A stretch of DNA of 63,443 bases, filler included, from Octopus bimaculoides (taxonomy: Eukaryota), in assembly GCF_001194135.2 (NCBI RefSeq). It is 6 parts of 4 records of this genome, joined end to end, with 100 filler letters (N's around TTAATTAATTAA, not from the genome) between each part and the next. Parts side by side here need not be neighbours in the genome. Positions count along the whole stretch, not along the records: positions 16,610 to 27,150 come from NC_068991.1; positions 27,251 to 42,310 come from NC_068982.1; 4 more parts are not named here. One strand, given 5' to 3'. Position 1 is the first letter of the stretch, and every line of letters starts with the position of its first letter. The position numbers and the translations under genes are program-made. The notes under the pieces were generated by a model, which made no database searches, was not told the DNA's origin, and saw only the letters and a list, made by a program, of their open reading frames with translations. This document shows positions 24,985-39,904 of the stretch, piece by piece.

Positions 24985-26626
24985 CAAGAAAATAATCATA
25001 TACCTCATTAAACTGAAACCTCTAGGTTGCTACTAAGTATCCCTATACTTGACAATATCTCCTGACAATCTTACTAGGTCAGCTGACCTTCATCTCTTCA
25101 GTGCTTGATAATACTTGACCCTCTAACAGTTACTCATATAAAGTTAGAGACCTACAGTGGAAGACTGTTTTCCTATCTGAAACGGCGCCGCTACTACATC
25201 TACTTAATATCCCAGATCGCATCCTCGAAGAGTCTATCTGACTAATTGGGATGAAATTACTCACCAACTTACTTCAATTTCTGGCCTTCAAATATACTGT
25301 CTCCTCACTACTCCTATTATTGTGACTACAGTGGCCTCTACTCTTCATATTTATCCGGTCTCGTACCACCTCTACTCAATCCTTGCTCATCACTTATTTT
25401 TCTTACTCATATCGTGTCCTCCATCCCGTAGACTGTGCACTAATTTTCCGTCCTATCCTTTATCCCCAAAACTTTATCCCTCTGAAATTACCCCATGTTT
25501 TCCCGCAGCCTTGAACTTGAAATTCAATGAGGAAAAGTATCAATGGTATCGAAATCATGTTACGAAGTGCCTTTAAAGGTCATGACTCTTCAAAGGTACT
25601 TTCGTTCAAACCAAATCATAAAAAAAAATTTACAGATATGTTTCTATACAAATAGTTTGAAGAACAATTATATTTGTAAAACAAGAAAGAAAGGAGGTAA
25701 CATGGTGAGTGAATAATTCAACATTACATTAACGACATGTAATACGTATACCTCATTCTGAATCAGGAATTAAGCATACAAAATTGTACGTTGTTATTAT
25801 TTAATTTGAGCAACCTTTAAATGTTGATCAGAGATTACCTGCACAATGTAATAGTGATAGAATATTTATATTACACGTCAGTTGTTAGTTTTATCCTAAC
25901 CCAGTAGATCAATTTGAATTTTGCTGAGCGGATCAAGTTCTAAACTAAAGAAATATTTTCTATACTCGCAACATCTGTTTCATTTCATTTTATCATGTAT
26001 ATCTGTATTTTGTGGCAACTATACACATGGGTACAGTGCCAATCTTTTAGGCACCAGAGTTGATAAAAAAAAAAACATTACTAATTTCTTTCTCTGAATA
26101 CATGTGACATCCAACAATCACTGATAATTAAGATATTAATGACGTTATAGCTTATCGCGCCACAGCACTGTTCCAAAAGTCTCACCCATCCCGTCTAAAG
26201 AACGGATACTGCAATTACTTAGGATTCAAAGGCTATTTAATATCTTGCCAAAACAAAACAGTTAAGAGATTTATATAGAGTAGGGGTACATATTTTAAAG
26301 TAACACCTTGAACTTCTACTGTCCAAGGTCCCTGGTGAACTTATATCATAACAAAAAATTCAAAAGAATTTTATNNNNNNNNNNNNNNNNNNNNNNNNNN
26401 NNNNNNNNNNNNNNNNNNNNNNNNNNNNNNNNNNNNNNNNNNNNNNNNNNNNNNNNNNNNNNNNNNNNNNNNNNNNNNNNNNNNNNNNNNNNNNNNNNNN
26501 NNNNNNNNNNNNNNNNNNNNNNNNNNNNNNNNNNNNNNNNNNNNNNNNNNNNNNNNNNNNNNNNNNNNNNNNNNNNNNNNNNNNNNNNNNNNNNNNNNNN
26601 NNNNNNNNNNNNNNNNNACGCCCACG

Positions 26627-26657
<31 letters not shown>

Positions 26658-26884
26658 AACTGATGGCTACATAGGCACAGTGAATGGATGCTGGCTAGGT
26701 ACAGTATTCGGATGTTAATTAGAAAGCAATATTGCGCAACTATTGACTAAATAGACACTGAGCAATAGCTGGATACTTACAGAGAGCAGATATTAGCTAG
26801 TCAGTGTATGTGTATGTTGACTAAGTAATCCAAGTACATCGGTGATGACTAATTGTTCACATGTGTGGTCAAGAAGCTAAGTTC

Positions 26885-27150
<266 letters not shown>

Positions 27151-27713
27151 NNNNNNNNNNNNNNNNNNNNNNNNNNNNNNNNNNNNNNNNNNNNTTAATT
27201 AATTAANNNNNNNNNNNNNNNNNNNNNNNNNNNNNNNNNNNNNNNNNNNNTGTAAAACAATAACAAATTTATTTTGTATTCTTGAAGTAGTTCTTTGATT
27301 TTTTTTTCAGCAATAGATTTTTTTTTTCGGTGTTTACATCTCAAAACTTTTTCAATTTGCTTTCGAAACTTTATAAATAAATACTTGAAATGTAAAGTGG
27401 AGAATAAAAGATTGAAAATGAAAGAAAAAATGCAAGAAACAAAATGGCGAAGTATTTAAGAACGTATCAAAATATTTCTTTTATGAAAATGAAACAAAAA
27501 TAAAGTACGAGACAAATTTTCATTGCTAGAAGGTAGATTCAAATACCATGAGAGAGAGTGTGGGTGTGTGAAAAAAATAGAGAGAGAAAGAAAGAGAAAG
27601 AAAGAGAGAGAGAGAGAGAGAGTGAGAAGAGAGTGGGGGCAAGAAAATATGTCGAGAAATTAAGAGATTAGTAGAAGACTAGGAAATAAGTTGCGAACAG
27701 AAAGAGAAATATA

Positions 27714-28716
27714 TTAGGTTGTTCCAAAAATAATGGCCGCTCTAAGTGTTGTGTTTTGAAATGCAATTTTATCATAGTATTTTAATTATATCTTAGGTGA
27801 ATTTCAACATACTTAATAATTGATGTATGCTCTTTAAACATTTTCTACTTTTTTCGCATAGAAAATATTCTTGATCTATAGGCGCCCTCAATTGTTGAAC
27901 AAAACCCACGTCAAAGTGTCAGAGAAATGTCTCAGGCACTTGGTATCGGTATTGCAAAGGTCTCACGCAATCTGCAGAAGATTGGTAAGGTGAAAAAGCT
28001 CTATAAATTGGTACCGCATGAGCTCAATGAAAATCAAAAAGTTCGGCGTTTTGAAGTGTGATCGATGCGCTTTCTGCAAATTACCAATGATCTTTTTCTT
28101 GACCAAATTGTCACTTGTAACAGAAAGAGGATCCTTTATGATAACCGTAAACGATCAGGTCAATGGTTTGATCGTGATAAGTCTCCCAAACATTTCCCAA
28201 AGCCAAAGTTGCATCAGCAAAAGATTATAGTGACTGTCTGGTGGTCTGCAATTGGTGTTGTCTATTACAGCTTCTGGAAGCCAATCAGAGCATTACAGCA
28301 GTAGTTTATCGCAATCAACTCGCTGAAATGCATACTCACTTGCAAAAACTGAGACTTGCATTGGTAAATCGGCGTGGCCCAATTCTGCTCCACGATAATC
28401 TAAGGCCACATGCTGCAAGAATGACGCTGCAGAAACTCACAGACTTGGAATGCGAGACTTTACCATATCCTCCATATTCTCCTGATCTTTCACCCACTGA
28501 CTACCATTTTTAAAGCGTTTAGACATGTTTTTAAGTGATAAAACTTTCAGGTCCAAACCAGAAGTGGAATTAGCTTTCAAAGATTTCTCAGCATTAAAAC
28601 TAATAAGTTTTTATCAACGAGGCATAAATAATCTCGTTGATCAATGGAAGAGATGCATAGATGTTCATGGCTCATACTTTGACTAATTAAAACGTTTATA
28701 TTGTTAATTTTTCCAG
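27714..28716 (+). mobile_element. Decayed mariner (DD34D) transposon; 3' TIR lost in the N gap
   Basis: TA then a ttaggttgttccaaaa TIR-like start, followed by a transposase pseudo-ORF. Confidence 0.88.
27891..28686 (+). pseudogene. Mariner transposase pseudogene
   Basis: Motifs LVPHEL, IVTCNRKRILYDN (first D changed to N), LLHDN, PYSPDLSPTDYH (34 residues between D2 and D3) and GSYFD*. In-frame TGA at 28059 plus frameshifts. Confidence 0.88.
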
Positions 28717-29594
28717 NNNNNNNNNNNNNNNNNNNNNNNNNNNNNNNNNNNNNNNNNNNNNNNNNNNNNNNNNNNNNNNNNNNNNNNNNNNNNNNNNNNN
28801 NNNNNNNNNNNNNNNNNNNNNNNNNNNNNNNNNNNNNNNNNNNNNNNNNNNNNNNNNNNNNNNNNNNNNNNNNNNNNNNNNNNNNNNNNNNNNNNNNNNN
28901 NNNNNNNNNNNNNNNNNNNNNNNNNNNNNNNNNNNNNNNNNNNNNNNNNNNNNNNNNNNNNNNNNNNNNNNNNNNNNNNNNNNNNNNNNNNNNNNNNNNN
29001 NNNNNNNNNNNNNNNNNNNNNNNNNNNNNNNNNNNNNNNNNNNNNNNNNNNNNNNNNNNNNNNNNNNNNNNNNNNNNNNNNNNNNNNNNNNNNNNNNNNN
29101 NNNNNNNNNNNNNNNNNNNNNNNNNNNNNNNNNNNNNNNNNNNNNNNNNNNNNNNNNNNNNNNNNNNNNNNNNNNNNNNNNNNNNNNNNNNNNNNNNNNN
29201 NNNNNNNNNNNNNNNNNNNNNNNNNNNNNNNNNNNNNNNNNNNNNNNNNNNNNNNNNNNNNNNNNNNNNNNNNNNNNNNNNNNNNNNNNNNNNNNNNNNN
29301 NNNNNNNNNNNNNNNNNNNNNNNNNNNNNNNNNNNNNNNNNNNNNNNNNNNNNNNNNNNNNNNNNNNNNNNNNNNNNNNNNNNNNNNNNNNNNNNNNNNN
29401 NNNNNNNNNNNNNNNNNNNNNNNNNNNNNNNNNNNNNNNNNNNNNNATATATATATATATATATATAACGAAATAATCTTCATATAGCCTTGTGTGCAAA
29501 TTATAATTTATGACTGCAGGCTACATATATAATATAATAAAACATAATATAATGAAATATGCTATTATAACTATGTGATCTCTCTCTCTCTCTC

Positions 29595-29634
<40 letters not shown>

Positions 29635-29681
29635 TTTACTTATATAGATTATATGTAATGTATGTATATATGTGTATGTAA

Positions 29682-29713
<32 letters not shown>

Positions 29714-29750
29714 GCATACACACATATATATGTGTATTTGTATACATACA

Positions 29751-29782
<32 letters not shown>

Positions 29783-31074
29783 CTTACATACTTTTAATTC
29801 TAGTGCAGAACTAACAACGCTCAAATAACCAAAATAAAAGTAAACAAAAAAGCATCTATACACCCATGAACAAACAGATATTAATATGAAGGAAAACTAA
29901 AGCTAAAAGTAAAAATTGATGAATATTTAAAAAATATACATATAAAAATAAAGTCATTTGTTGAAAATTATGTTTGTCTAAAATTGGTATCGTTTAGAAC
30001 GCTTGGCGTGTGTGATTAAGACAGGGTATTAATTTCAGCATAGTTTTGGAGTTTGTTCATTCGGTTGTATATTCATTGTGTTCATAGAATACACACAGAC
30101 AGACAATTGGTAGAACACTAAAGAATATGAAATTAAAAATAAATATAGAAAATAATGAAACAAGAAAAAGTTTAGAACAAATGTTGCTATGATAGTTTTA
30201 AATGGTAAAATAATTTAAAAGCATTAATTTGTGACTAAAGGAATAACATAACAATCATGTGTGTGTAGTTTTAATTTCAGCTTTAGATAATCTTAATGAG
30301 AGATGGCTGAAATTCTTGAAATTTAGAATTTTTTAAAAACGAAGCAAGTATGCATCGTTATTACACACAGCACTGTCATGGACAGTGTTGTACGAGTATG
30401 CACAATTAAGAAGGTATGCGCACACGAGGCTACGACACACAGATACACACAGACATCCAACCGCGCGTGCACACACACATACACACACGTTCACACATAT
30501 ACAGACATCGTACATATGCACATATGCACATGTACTTAGGTGCATATATATANNNNNNNNNNNNNNNNNNNNNNNNNNNNNNNNNNNNNNNNNNNNNNNN
30601 NNNNNNNNNNNNNNNNNNNNNNNNNNNNNNNNNNNNNNNNNNNNNNNNNNNNNNNNNNNNNNNNNNNNNNNNNNNNNNNNNNNNNNNNNNNNNNNNNNNN
30701 NNNNNNNNNNNNNNNNNNNNNNNNNNNNNNNNNNNNNNNNNNNNNNNNNNNNNNNNNNNNNNNNNNNNNNNNNNNNNNNNNNNNNNNNNNNNNNNNNNNN
30801 NNNNNNNNNNNNNNNNNNNNNNATATCGCCATCCACTTTAGAGAAAATTTGTAGTTTGGAATCAGTAGTTCTTTGACTGCTATTTCTAAATTTTCAGTAT
30901 GTTGGAGAAGCAACTCAATTGCTAATCCCTGTATATTTATAATGATAAATAGTCTTACCGATAAAGGTTTTTTCATACTGAACTACTTGGCAGAATTGTT
31001 AATTGTTAATTCTATTATTAATTGACGATTCTCTGCCCTTATTCTTGTATATATATATATATATATATATAAAA

Positions 31075-31280
31075 AATAAACAATATATGTTTTTATGCGC
31101 TACTATTAGTTTCATGTGCTGAAAGCATGCCAGATAGTATTTTTTAACACGTCTAGTGTCCTAGCACAATCATCAGGCACTGGCCACATGGTTAGGACAC
31201 CAGACGTGTTAAAAAAAATACTGGCATCCTCTCAACACATGAAACTAATAGTAACATATAAAACATATATTGTGTTTATT
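31075..31280. mobile_element. Foldback/MITE-like element with about 90-bp arms and a 25-nt spacer
   Basis: Left arm 31075-31165 and right arm 31191-31280 are reverse complements with scattered mismatches; adjacent to a (TA)n tract. Confidence 0.65.
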
Positions 31281-31339
31281 AAATAATATTTATCACCCAC
31301 CAAATGCAGTACTCTTTTGTTGATCTTACCACCACGGAA

Positions 31340-32275
31340 CAGCATACATATTGAATGCTTGGTTCATCAAGGATGCCCCCTCTCCCCGTTTTTATGTTTT
31401 GGCATTAGAACCTTTGGCTGGAGAATTTGAGAGGTATCACGCTAGAACTAGGCCACAGGAGAATTGTTTCTGCATACTTGAACGACATCACTGCCATGGT
31501 GACTGACTCTTGGGATAGAGAAACGATTGAAACTATACTGAAAGAATATTAAGTATGTACAGGAACACATAAATCAGGACAAATAAGTGGGGTTGCAACT
31601 AGACTCTTGAAGAGGTAAGTCCATATTAACTAGCGGCGATTTCTGCCTCTGGACGGAGGGTCCGGTGAAAGTGCTCGGAGTCTGGTTCCGACCAGATCTC
31701 CAGGTAGATAGGAACTGGTCAGGGTGGCCAAGCTCACCCAGAAATGGGCAGAAAGGAAACTGTCTTTTAAAGGCCGGGCGGAAATAGAGAATGCGTACAT
31801 CGCCTCGGTTGCGTACTACCGCCTATTAGAGATGCATAGTGGCTGTGGCAAAAGAGGTGTAGTGGACCCGTTGAAAAGATTTGAAGACAGGTGCTTTCCT
31901 ATCTGGTCAAGCTCCATATTTTTCAAATTCCATTTGAAGCGGAAGGTGAGGGTAGAGAGGGAGGTGCTGCCTTCTAGTGTGTTTATCAAAAGGTGGACTC
32001 TCAGTATACTTTTCTAAGCAGGAGGGAAGAAACTGGAAGAGGGCATTTCCCATGCCTTGGGGATAGCAGAATAATCCGGATCTTTTGGGGTGGATTAATT
32101 CTGAATTACCCTAAGTGGACAGCCCCGCACTTGGGGATTCTATTTATTCATTATTTATTTCTTTAACTTCTATTTATATAGCCTTCATTATATCATTTAA
32201 TATTATTGAGTCCCCCTTTGATCAATATAACCCTACCTGCTTTTGTGTGTTATATCTTGTCCTTTGATATTGTCC
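31340..32275 (+). mobile_element. Internally deleted L1/Tx1-clade LINE 3' fragment (RT plus 3' UTR)
   Basis: Motifs QGCPLSP, LALEPL, VSAYLNDI (YADD equivalent), VKVLGVWF, KWAERKLSFKGRAE and FFKFHLKRKVRVERE. Confidence 0.8.
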
Positions 32276-32480
32276 NNNNNNNNNNNNNNNNNNNNNNNNN
32301 NNNNNNNNNNNNNNNNNNNNNNNNNNNNNNNNNNNNNNNNNNNNNNNNNNNNNNNNNNNNNNNNNNNNNNNNNNNNNNNNNNNNNNNNNNNNNNNNNNNN
32401 NNNNNNNNNNNNNNNNNNNNNNNNNNNNNNNNNNNNNNNNNNNNNNNNNNNNNNNNNNNNNNNNNNNNNNNNNNNNNNNN

Positions 32481-32557
<77 letters not shown>

Positions 32558-32779
32558 TGTATGTATATGAATATGTATATATATATATATCTATATTTGG
32601 TGCAAAAATGAAAAAAAAGACGCGAAGATGAGGTAAAAAAACTGTGTATTAGGTTTACATCCAGGAAAAATAGGAGAAATCTTTTACATTTCGAGCATAC
32701 GCTCTTCTAAAGAAAGTAGAGACCAGGAAGAAAAAAAATGGAGAGAGAAAAGAACAAACGTGTCTCAATTAGATGGCCC

Positions 32780-33600
32780 CGAGCCATATTAAAAGACATT
32801 TACCATAGTAACTGCATAGTGGAACTGAATTCGCAAGTAATCAATGGCATGAGCATTGTCTATATTTATCACTGCGCAAACTTACCAGCGAATGGTATTG
32901 CATATTGTTTTAACATCATATCACAATAGGAGGTTGTACACAATAGGAGGTTGATGACATTTTGGGGCAGCTACTGATAACATGTGTAATATTGTGTACA
33001 GAAATATGACATAAAGATGTTTCCGGTTGAATCTCATGGTTTAGAGCTTCACTGTCTCTTTTGTTCATCAGATGTTTCGTAGTTGTCTCTAGCTCTTGAA
33101 TCGCAAAATCATAACTTTCAAGATGTGACATGACGCAGCAGCAAAAATCTAAGGAAAGTTATAATTCATGTTAAAGTTATCATTCTCCCTAAGTTTACAG
33201 ATAACAAGGTGTTTCTCTTCTTAGTCTTTGCTGAGGTACGTTAATCTTGCACTTCCGGCTCACATGAGAGAGGGTCGGAAGTTTCTTGGAGTTTACTACC
33301 GACCTTGAAAATGTTATTCTCTACATTTTTAAGCACTTGGTTGATGTATTCATTTTTGCTGTCGCTGTTTAGCAGATACTGTCTCAGTGGTACCATGCAG
33401 CACTCAAAGTCTATCTGCACTGATCTAAAGTCCTCTTTTCTTCTGAGATAGAGGTTATCGATATCACTGTTTCTGTGAAAACTTTTAGTTAAAAACAGGA
33501 TTCTCAGTGTTTTAATGTCTATGACGCGGATTTTATCGAAAGTCTGATCAAGTATCCCAAAGGCTGGTATCAATTCTGGTATCCCAAAGGTTGGTATCAA
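32780..33600 (-). mobile_element. R4/Dong-like (RLE) LINE 3' fragment
   Basis: PAFGILDQT..IDIKT..FHRNSDIDNLYLRRK (thumb region) followed by LCHISVHNITHVISSCPKMS (CCHC-knuckle region). Frameshifted. Confidence 0.68.
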
Positions 33601-34384
33601 TGCATTGTGGGATATTGTTATGTTAAAGAAGAAAGCTGCAACCGCAATCCCGAAACTGCTCGCCTTTTTTCTTTTCCTCTATTCTTCTCTCTTAATTTTA
33701 ATCAAGGACTAACACCCGAAACGTTATGACACTTTCGCTTTCTATTAAAGCGTTAAAGTAATACCGTATTTTTTAAATCCTTGTACATCTTGATTTTAAT
33801 TGTTCATAGTTACGCATATATATGCATACATACATTCTCAAATAGACAGATGTACCAAAGTAAAATATATACTTTAACAGCTATACGTTCTCTAGCACTA
33901 ACTACGTTCTTCTAATTACGTCGAAGTTTAAAGTACCTGATTATCATTTTCAAACTTTTCTTCAAAAACCCTTTCTTCCACACAAATCTGAGTAACGTAA
34001 CTAAAAATTGTAGCAAAGACAACAACAAACATTTCAAAAGAACTGAAAAGGCAAACATTCCCTTAGCCCACCAGTTCTTAAAATCTCTTCATGTTTCCCC
34101 TGTTCACGCAGTCCTGAATGAAAAAAGAATTCCTTCTTGAAATATGGACAGTCGAAACAACAAAGATTGGAAATGGAATATTGGAATATCGAATATTGGA
34201 ATATTCGAATATCAGAATAATTGGTAACATTGATTCGGAAACTAACATTTACTGGAAATATGATATTATTGGAAGCAATCATTAGATTACAAAACACTCG
34301 ACTTCTACGCTACACCATTACAGAAGGAGCTACACCGTAACATACTACCTATATTATATCACTACATACTAGTAAAGTAATATA

Positions 34385-34724
34385 ACGTATTGTATTATAT
34401 TATATTATATTATATCATATTATATTATATTATATTATATTATATTATATTATATTATATTATATTATGTTGTGTTATGTTACATTGCTAGCCTCATGCC
34501 AAAATTTGAATCATTAATAAGTATTAAACATCTCGCTGGTTTTCTGCAAACGGTGCAAAACGTGATTGGCGAAATCAACAAACCAACCAACCAACCAACC
34601 AACCAACCAACCAGCCTACCAACCAACCAACCAACCAACCAACCAACCAACCAACCAACCAATCAACCAACCGACTACCCGACCGACCGACCGACCGATC
34701 AACCAACCGNNNNNNNNNNTAATG

Positions 34725-34769
<45 letters not shown>

Positions 34770-34796
34770 ATAATAATAATAATAATAATAATAATG

Positions 34797-34846
<50 letters not shown>

Positions 34847-34850
34847 CAGA
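34385..34850. repeat. Compound (ATATT)n, (AACC)n/(GACC)n, (TAC)n and (AAT)n microsatellites
   Basis: Direct reading. Confidence 0.95.
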
Positions 34851-36181
34851 ACAACGATAGTAACAACAACAGCAACAAATAATAGCACACTACAGACACA
34901 TCAATATCAGCCATTGCTGTGTCATCAGTTTGTAGGAATCTATAAATCTGTTTGAGAAACTGCATCAACAACATTAACATAACAATAACGGTGACAACAG
35001 CAACAACAACGACAGTAAGAATAACAATATCAATACCAGTACCAACGATGTTTTCTAAATTAACGGTTGGAAAAGAAAGTTTAAAATAATTCGCCCGTTA
35101 CCGCCAAGACTCTATACAGAAGTAAGTACAGAGTAAGAAAGGGAAAACAGCCAATGTTTAGTTGCATTAAAGGAAAGGTGACAGCTTGAGTATAAACTAT
35201 ATATATATATATATATATATATATCTATATCTATATNNNNNNNNNNNNNNNNNNNNNNNNNNNNNNNNNNNNNNNNNNNNNNNNNNNNNNNNNNNNNNNN
35301 NNNNNNNNNNNNNNNNNNNNNNNNNNNNNNNNNNNNNNNNNNNNNNNNNNNNNNNNNNNNNNNNNNNNNNNNNNNNNNNNNNNNNNNNNNNNNNNNNNNN
35401 NNNNNNNNNNNNNNNNNNNNNNNNNNNNNNNNNNNNNNNNNNNNNNNNNNNNNNNNNNNNNNNNNNNNNNNNNNNNNNNNNNNNNNNNNNNNNNNNNNNN
35501 NNNNNNNNNNNNNNNNNNNNNNNNNNNNNNNNNNNNNNNNNNNNNNNNNNNNNNNNNNNNNNNNNNNNNNNNNNNNNNNNNNNNNNNNNNNNNNNNNNNN
35601 NNNNNNNNNNNNNNNNNNNNNNNNNNNNNNNNNNNNNNNNNNNNNNNNNNNNNNNNNNNNNNNNNNNNNNNNNNNNNNNNNNNNNNNNNNNNNNNNNNNN
35701 NNNNNNNNNNNNNNNNNNNNNNNNNNNNNNNNNNNNNNNNNNNNNNNNNNNNNNNNNNNNNNNNNNNNNNNNNNNNNNNNNNNNNNNNNNNNNNNNNNNN
35801 NNNNNNNNNNNNNNNNNNNNNNNNNNNNNNNNNNNNNNNNNNNNNNNNNNNNNNNNNNNNNNNNNNNNNNNNNNNNNNNNNNNNNNNNNNNNNNNNNNNN
35901 NNNNNNNNNNNNNNNNNNNNNNNNNNNNNNNNNNNNNNNNNNNNNNNNNNNNNNNNNNNNNNNNNNNNNNNNNNNNNNNNNNNNNNNNNNNNNNNNNNNN
36001 NNNNNNNNNNNNNNNNNNNNNNNNNNNNNNNNNNNNNNNNNNNNNNNNNNNNNNNNNNNNNNNNNNNNNNNNNNNNNNNNNNNNNNNNNNNNNNNNNNNN
36101 NNNNNNNNNNNNNNNNNNNNNNNNNNNNNNNNNNNNNNNNNNNNNNNNNGTATAGATATAAAGGATAAAATCCTTTTTATG

Positions 36182-36236
<55 letters not shown>

Positions 36237-36787
36237 CGGGAGAGAGAGAGAAAGTAAGAGGGGCGTTGCTGGAGTATATTTGGAAATAAAGATGAGTTTC
36301 TCTTTCCTTACACGAAAATAATGACATCTGAGCAAAAAATACAAAAATATAATAGAAACCATAAAAAGAAAAAAAAGAAAAGCAAAGAAAATTGAAAAAA
36401 AAAAAACAAGAACAAAAATGAAAACAGAAAGCGAAGAGTAAAAGAAACGACAGACGATAGAAAGAAATAATACATAAACACGAACCGAAGATCTCGATGG
36501 TGAGACAAAAATATGTACATCCAGACAAACCGATATACTGAATAAAGAAGTTCATATGTTGATGCAATTATTAAGATATAACACACGCAGGCACACACAC
36601 GTACGTGCGCGCACACAGACACACAGACACATAGACACACAAATATTCATATATAAACATATGTATGTACATGTAAATATGTATGTATATATTTGTACAC
36701 ACACAAACACACACATACACACTCACACACATATGTAGGTATTTAAGTATGTGTGTGTGGCTGTGTATGTTTGTATANNNNNNNNNN

Positions 36788-36870
<83 letters not shown>

Positions 36871-37426
36871 TAATATAATATATGTATATATATATATATA
36901 CATATATGTAAATCATATAAATGTACATATACATATACATACATTATATCTGTATATGTATATACTTACATATATGTATATGCATATGTATATATACACA
37001 TACGTCTCTATGTATGTTTATATATACATACATACACACACATATGCTAAACGCACTCTGAATATGTAATGAGGTATTGTTATCGTAGTTTGAGTGTATA
37101 TCAACTCTAAGTTTCATCTGTAAATCTATGCGATAGAGTGGTTCTTTTTTATGTTTAAAGGATTAATAATGGTTCACTAAAGATATTCTGGCACTCGGCT
37201 CCCTGCGTTCTCAATGAAACGATTCCATCAGAATTTTTTTCCTATTTTATATATTTTTTTCTGTTATTTTGGTTCTATTGTTGCCGGTGTTATTTTTTTT
37301 GTTTTGTCTTCAAATTTTCATCTGCATATGAATTCTTATTGTAATGTTTGTGTCAATATCTAGACCTAGTGTCAGCATAATAGCCATACTCCTATAAATA
37401 CAACACTCACACATATATATTCGTGC

Positions 37427-37457
<31 letters not shown>

Positions 37458-37525
37458 TGTATGTATGTATTTATGCATGTATGTATGTATGTATGTATGT
37501 GTGTGTATATGTGTGTATGTGTGTG

Positions 37526-37578
<53 letters not shown>

Positions 37579-38480
37579 CTGTGTGTGTGTGTGTGTGTGT
37601 GTGCACATATACAGCTATATTTTTATATATATATGTATTACACACAAATATACAGATAATGCATAAACCAGAGTTGCCCGTACGGACAAACATATGAATA
37701 TAAGTATGTGGATACACACAATATATATATATATATACATACACCCCACACAAACACATATATATATTCATATTCATATTCATATATGTATACGTGGTAT
37801 TGTGTTGATTCCTTTATGTCAGTAAGAATGAGGAACGATTATCTATAGCTGATTTTTGTCCAACATGGCAGCATGGAGTGACATTAGGTTTATATCTATA
37901 CAGACTATATCTATATCTATACAGAATGTTTTCTGTTTATATTTTTCAAATATAATATATATTTAACCAATCTCGGTGTTGAGTTTAGTTGAAGTGTAAT
38001 ACATTGAAGAATTCAGCAAGTTTGTAGAAGGTATCTTGGTAAGTGTTCCAAAGTAATTTAGGGGTCAGGATATCTTGAAAGAAGAAAAGCAACTTTTGTA
38101 TTTCCAATAGTTTTTATGTTGGAGTTCTGGTGGATGGTAAAAGAAGAACGAGACAACTGAGCGTGGCTGTTTGGACGCTGGCGATTTGGCAAGGCCGACT
38201 GGATGCTGAAATTGTTTTGGCATTGGAGGTAAACACAAAACATATGCATGCAAGCGCAGAAATATGTACATATAGACAGAGAGTGAAGGAGGGATAGCGA
38301 GAAAGAGAGAAAGAAGGAGAGAAGGAGAAAGGGAAGATAAATAGGGAGAGAGTGGTAAAGAGAACAAGATAAAGAAGGAGAAAAAGAGACATTACAATTT
38401 ATTAATAGAACACGATTAACATAAACACATTCCCGCTTCTTATGTTCCTAAACAGAAATATGTTTGCACACATTCGTAGA

Positions 38481-38540
38481 GAGAGGGGGATGAAGGGAGA
38501 GAGAGGGGGATGAAGGGAGAGAGAGGGGGATGAAGGGAGA
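38481..38540 (+). repeat. Three exact copies of the 20-mer gagagggggatgaagggaga
   Basis: Period-20 tandem repeat with six G-tracts. Confidence 0.9.
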
Positions 38541-39904
38541 GAGAGGCGAAAAGAGAGAGTGGGAGGAAGGGGAGAGAGAGACGAAAAGAGAAACTGGAAG
38601 GAAGGGAAAGAATATGAGTAATATTAAAACTGATGTCAAATATGTCAGCGTCGAATCAGCGACGCCAAAAGAAGCGGACCGAAACGGCTATATTAAACTA
38701 CTCACTTGTTTGAATGTCTCCAAGCCTTGTTCGTCCTGCACATCCGGTCGTGAAGCACTTTGAGATTTGAAGCAATGGGTTTACAGGTTTTGGTTGTGTG
38801 AGGGATGTGAAGATGCTTGTATAAAAGGGTTATTTATGATACATTTAACTGTTTTATACGGGTCAGGAGTGAGGCCTATTTTTCAGCGATGCTTCTGCTG
38901 TTTAATTGGTTCTGGAAATGCGTAATCACATGTCTGGACATTTACTTTTGTATAATTTGCCGCCGATAAGGTATTCGGTTCCTATGTAATTATCATTTCT
39001 TCGTTTTACTTTTATGCTACTTTCTACATGTATCCTGTTAAACTTATTATTTTCGCAAAAAAAGATCATTCTTTATTCCTATTGATTCTGGCAGAAAAGG
39101 ATTAAAGAAGACCAAGTTCGACTTCTCTGAGGATTGGTCAACAAACCGATGAATGGTCTCTGAGAAACCCCTTCACTTTATTTTCCACTCTTGAATAGCA
39201 TAGAAAGAATCTGTTCACACTACAATTTAACCCTCAGCGAGGTTTTGTAATATTTAAGCTAATTATGCATCATACTTAAGTATGATAACCAGGAGGCTGT
39301 TTTAATTTAATTTAATTGCTGCAATTGGGCGCTCTGATTATATTGAATATAACTATGTCGTATATATTTATTCGTAATACGTTCCAGCAGATTCAAACGT
39401 GAATTTGTTAATCGCTGTTGTATTTCGTCTCCGGAGATCACCTTCTCCCTTTAGATGAATGTGTGTTCATAAGACACTCGATTCATTGATATAAGAAGAT
39501 TTCGAGATACTGTGGTATTTCTACCTTGTTGTGTCTCTTTTAGTCACTTCATAATTGGGCTGAGGATTATTTTTTTTTGAGTTTTGGATGATTATGTTTT
39601 CTCTATCGAAGAACTGAAAATGATAAAGAATTTAGGTTGTATATTCATGAGAGTGTTCGACAGGAAATTTGATAAGTTTAATTTCCACGAAGAATGTAGG
39701 ATCTAATATTTCGAACTTTGCTGTTTGTCTGAAAGTGAAAAAAAACGAGAAAAACTGGTCATGTGCAATGAGCATTGAGGAAACATAATTCCTGTAATAG
39801 TTAGATTTAATAAATAACCACAGATATTTGGTGAAACCACACCTCGTACCAAGAAGTCCTGCAGGTCTAAATTTGATTAATGTTGAGTCTATCCTTTAGG
39901 AATA

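Noticed and set aside
23600-25600. GC-richer block with possible LINE/LTR remnants and a CCAAT plus GC-box motif near 24520-24535
   Set aside because: All frames have many stops and no diagnostic motif could be fixed; left unassigned.
32675-32712. Minus-strand ctttaga-agagc(gtat)gctc-GAAAtgta, hammerhead-like
   Set aside because: The CUGANGA box is destroyed. It is possibly a fossil, but too degenerate to call.
33700-33730. aaggactaacacc-cGAAACGTTA, hammerhead-like 3' half
   Set aside because: No CUGANGA box survives upstream.
38111-38228. Possible 118-bp plus-strand exon (FYVGVLVDGKRRTRQLSVAVWTLAIWQGRLDAEIVLALE)
   Set aside because: Splice signals are plausible, but there is no recognisable product or partner exon; needs RNA evidence.
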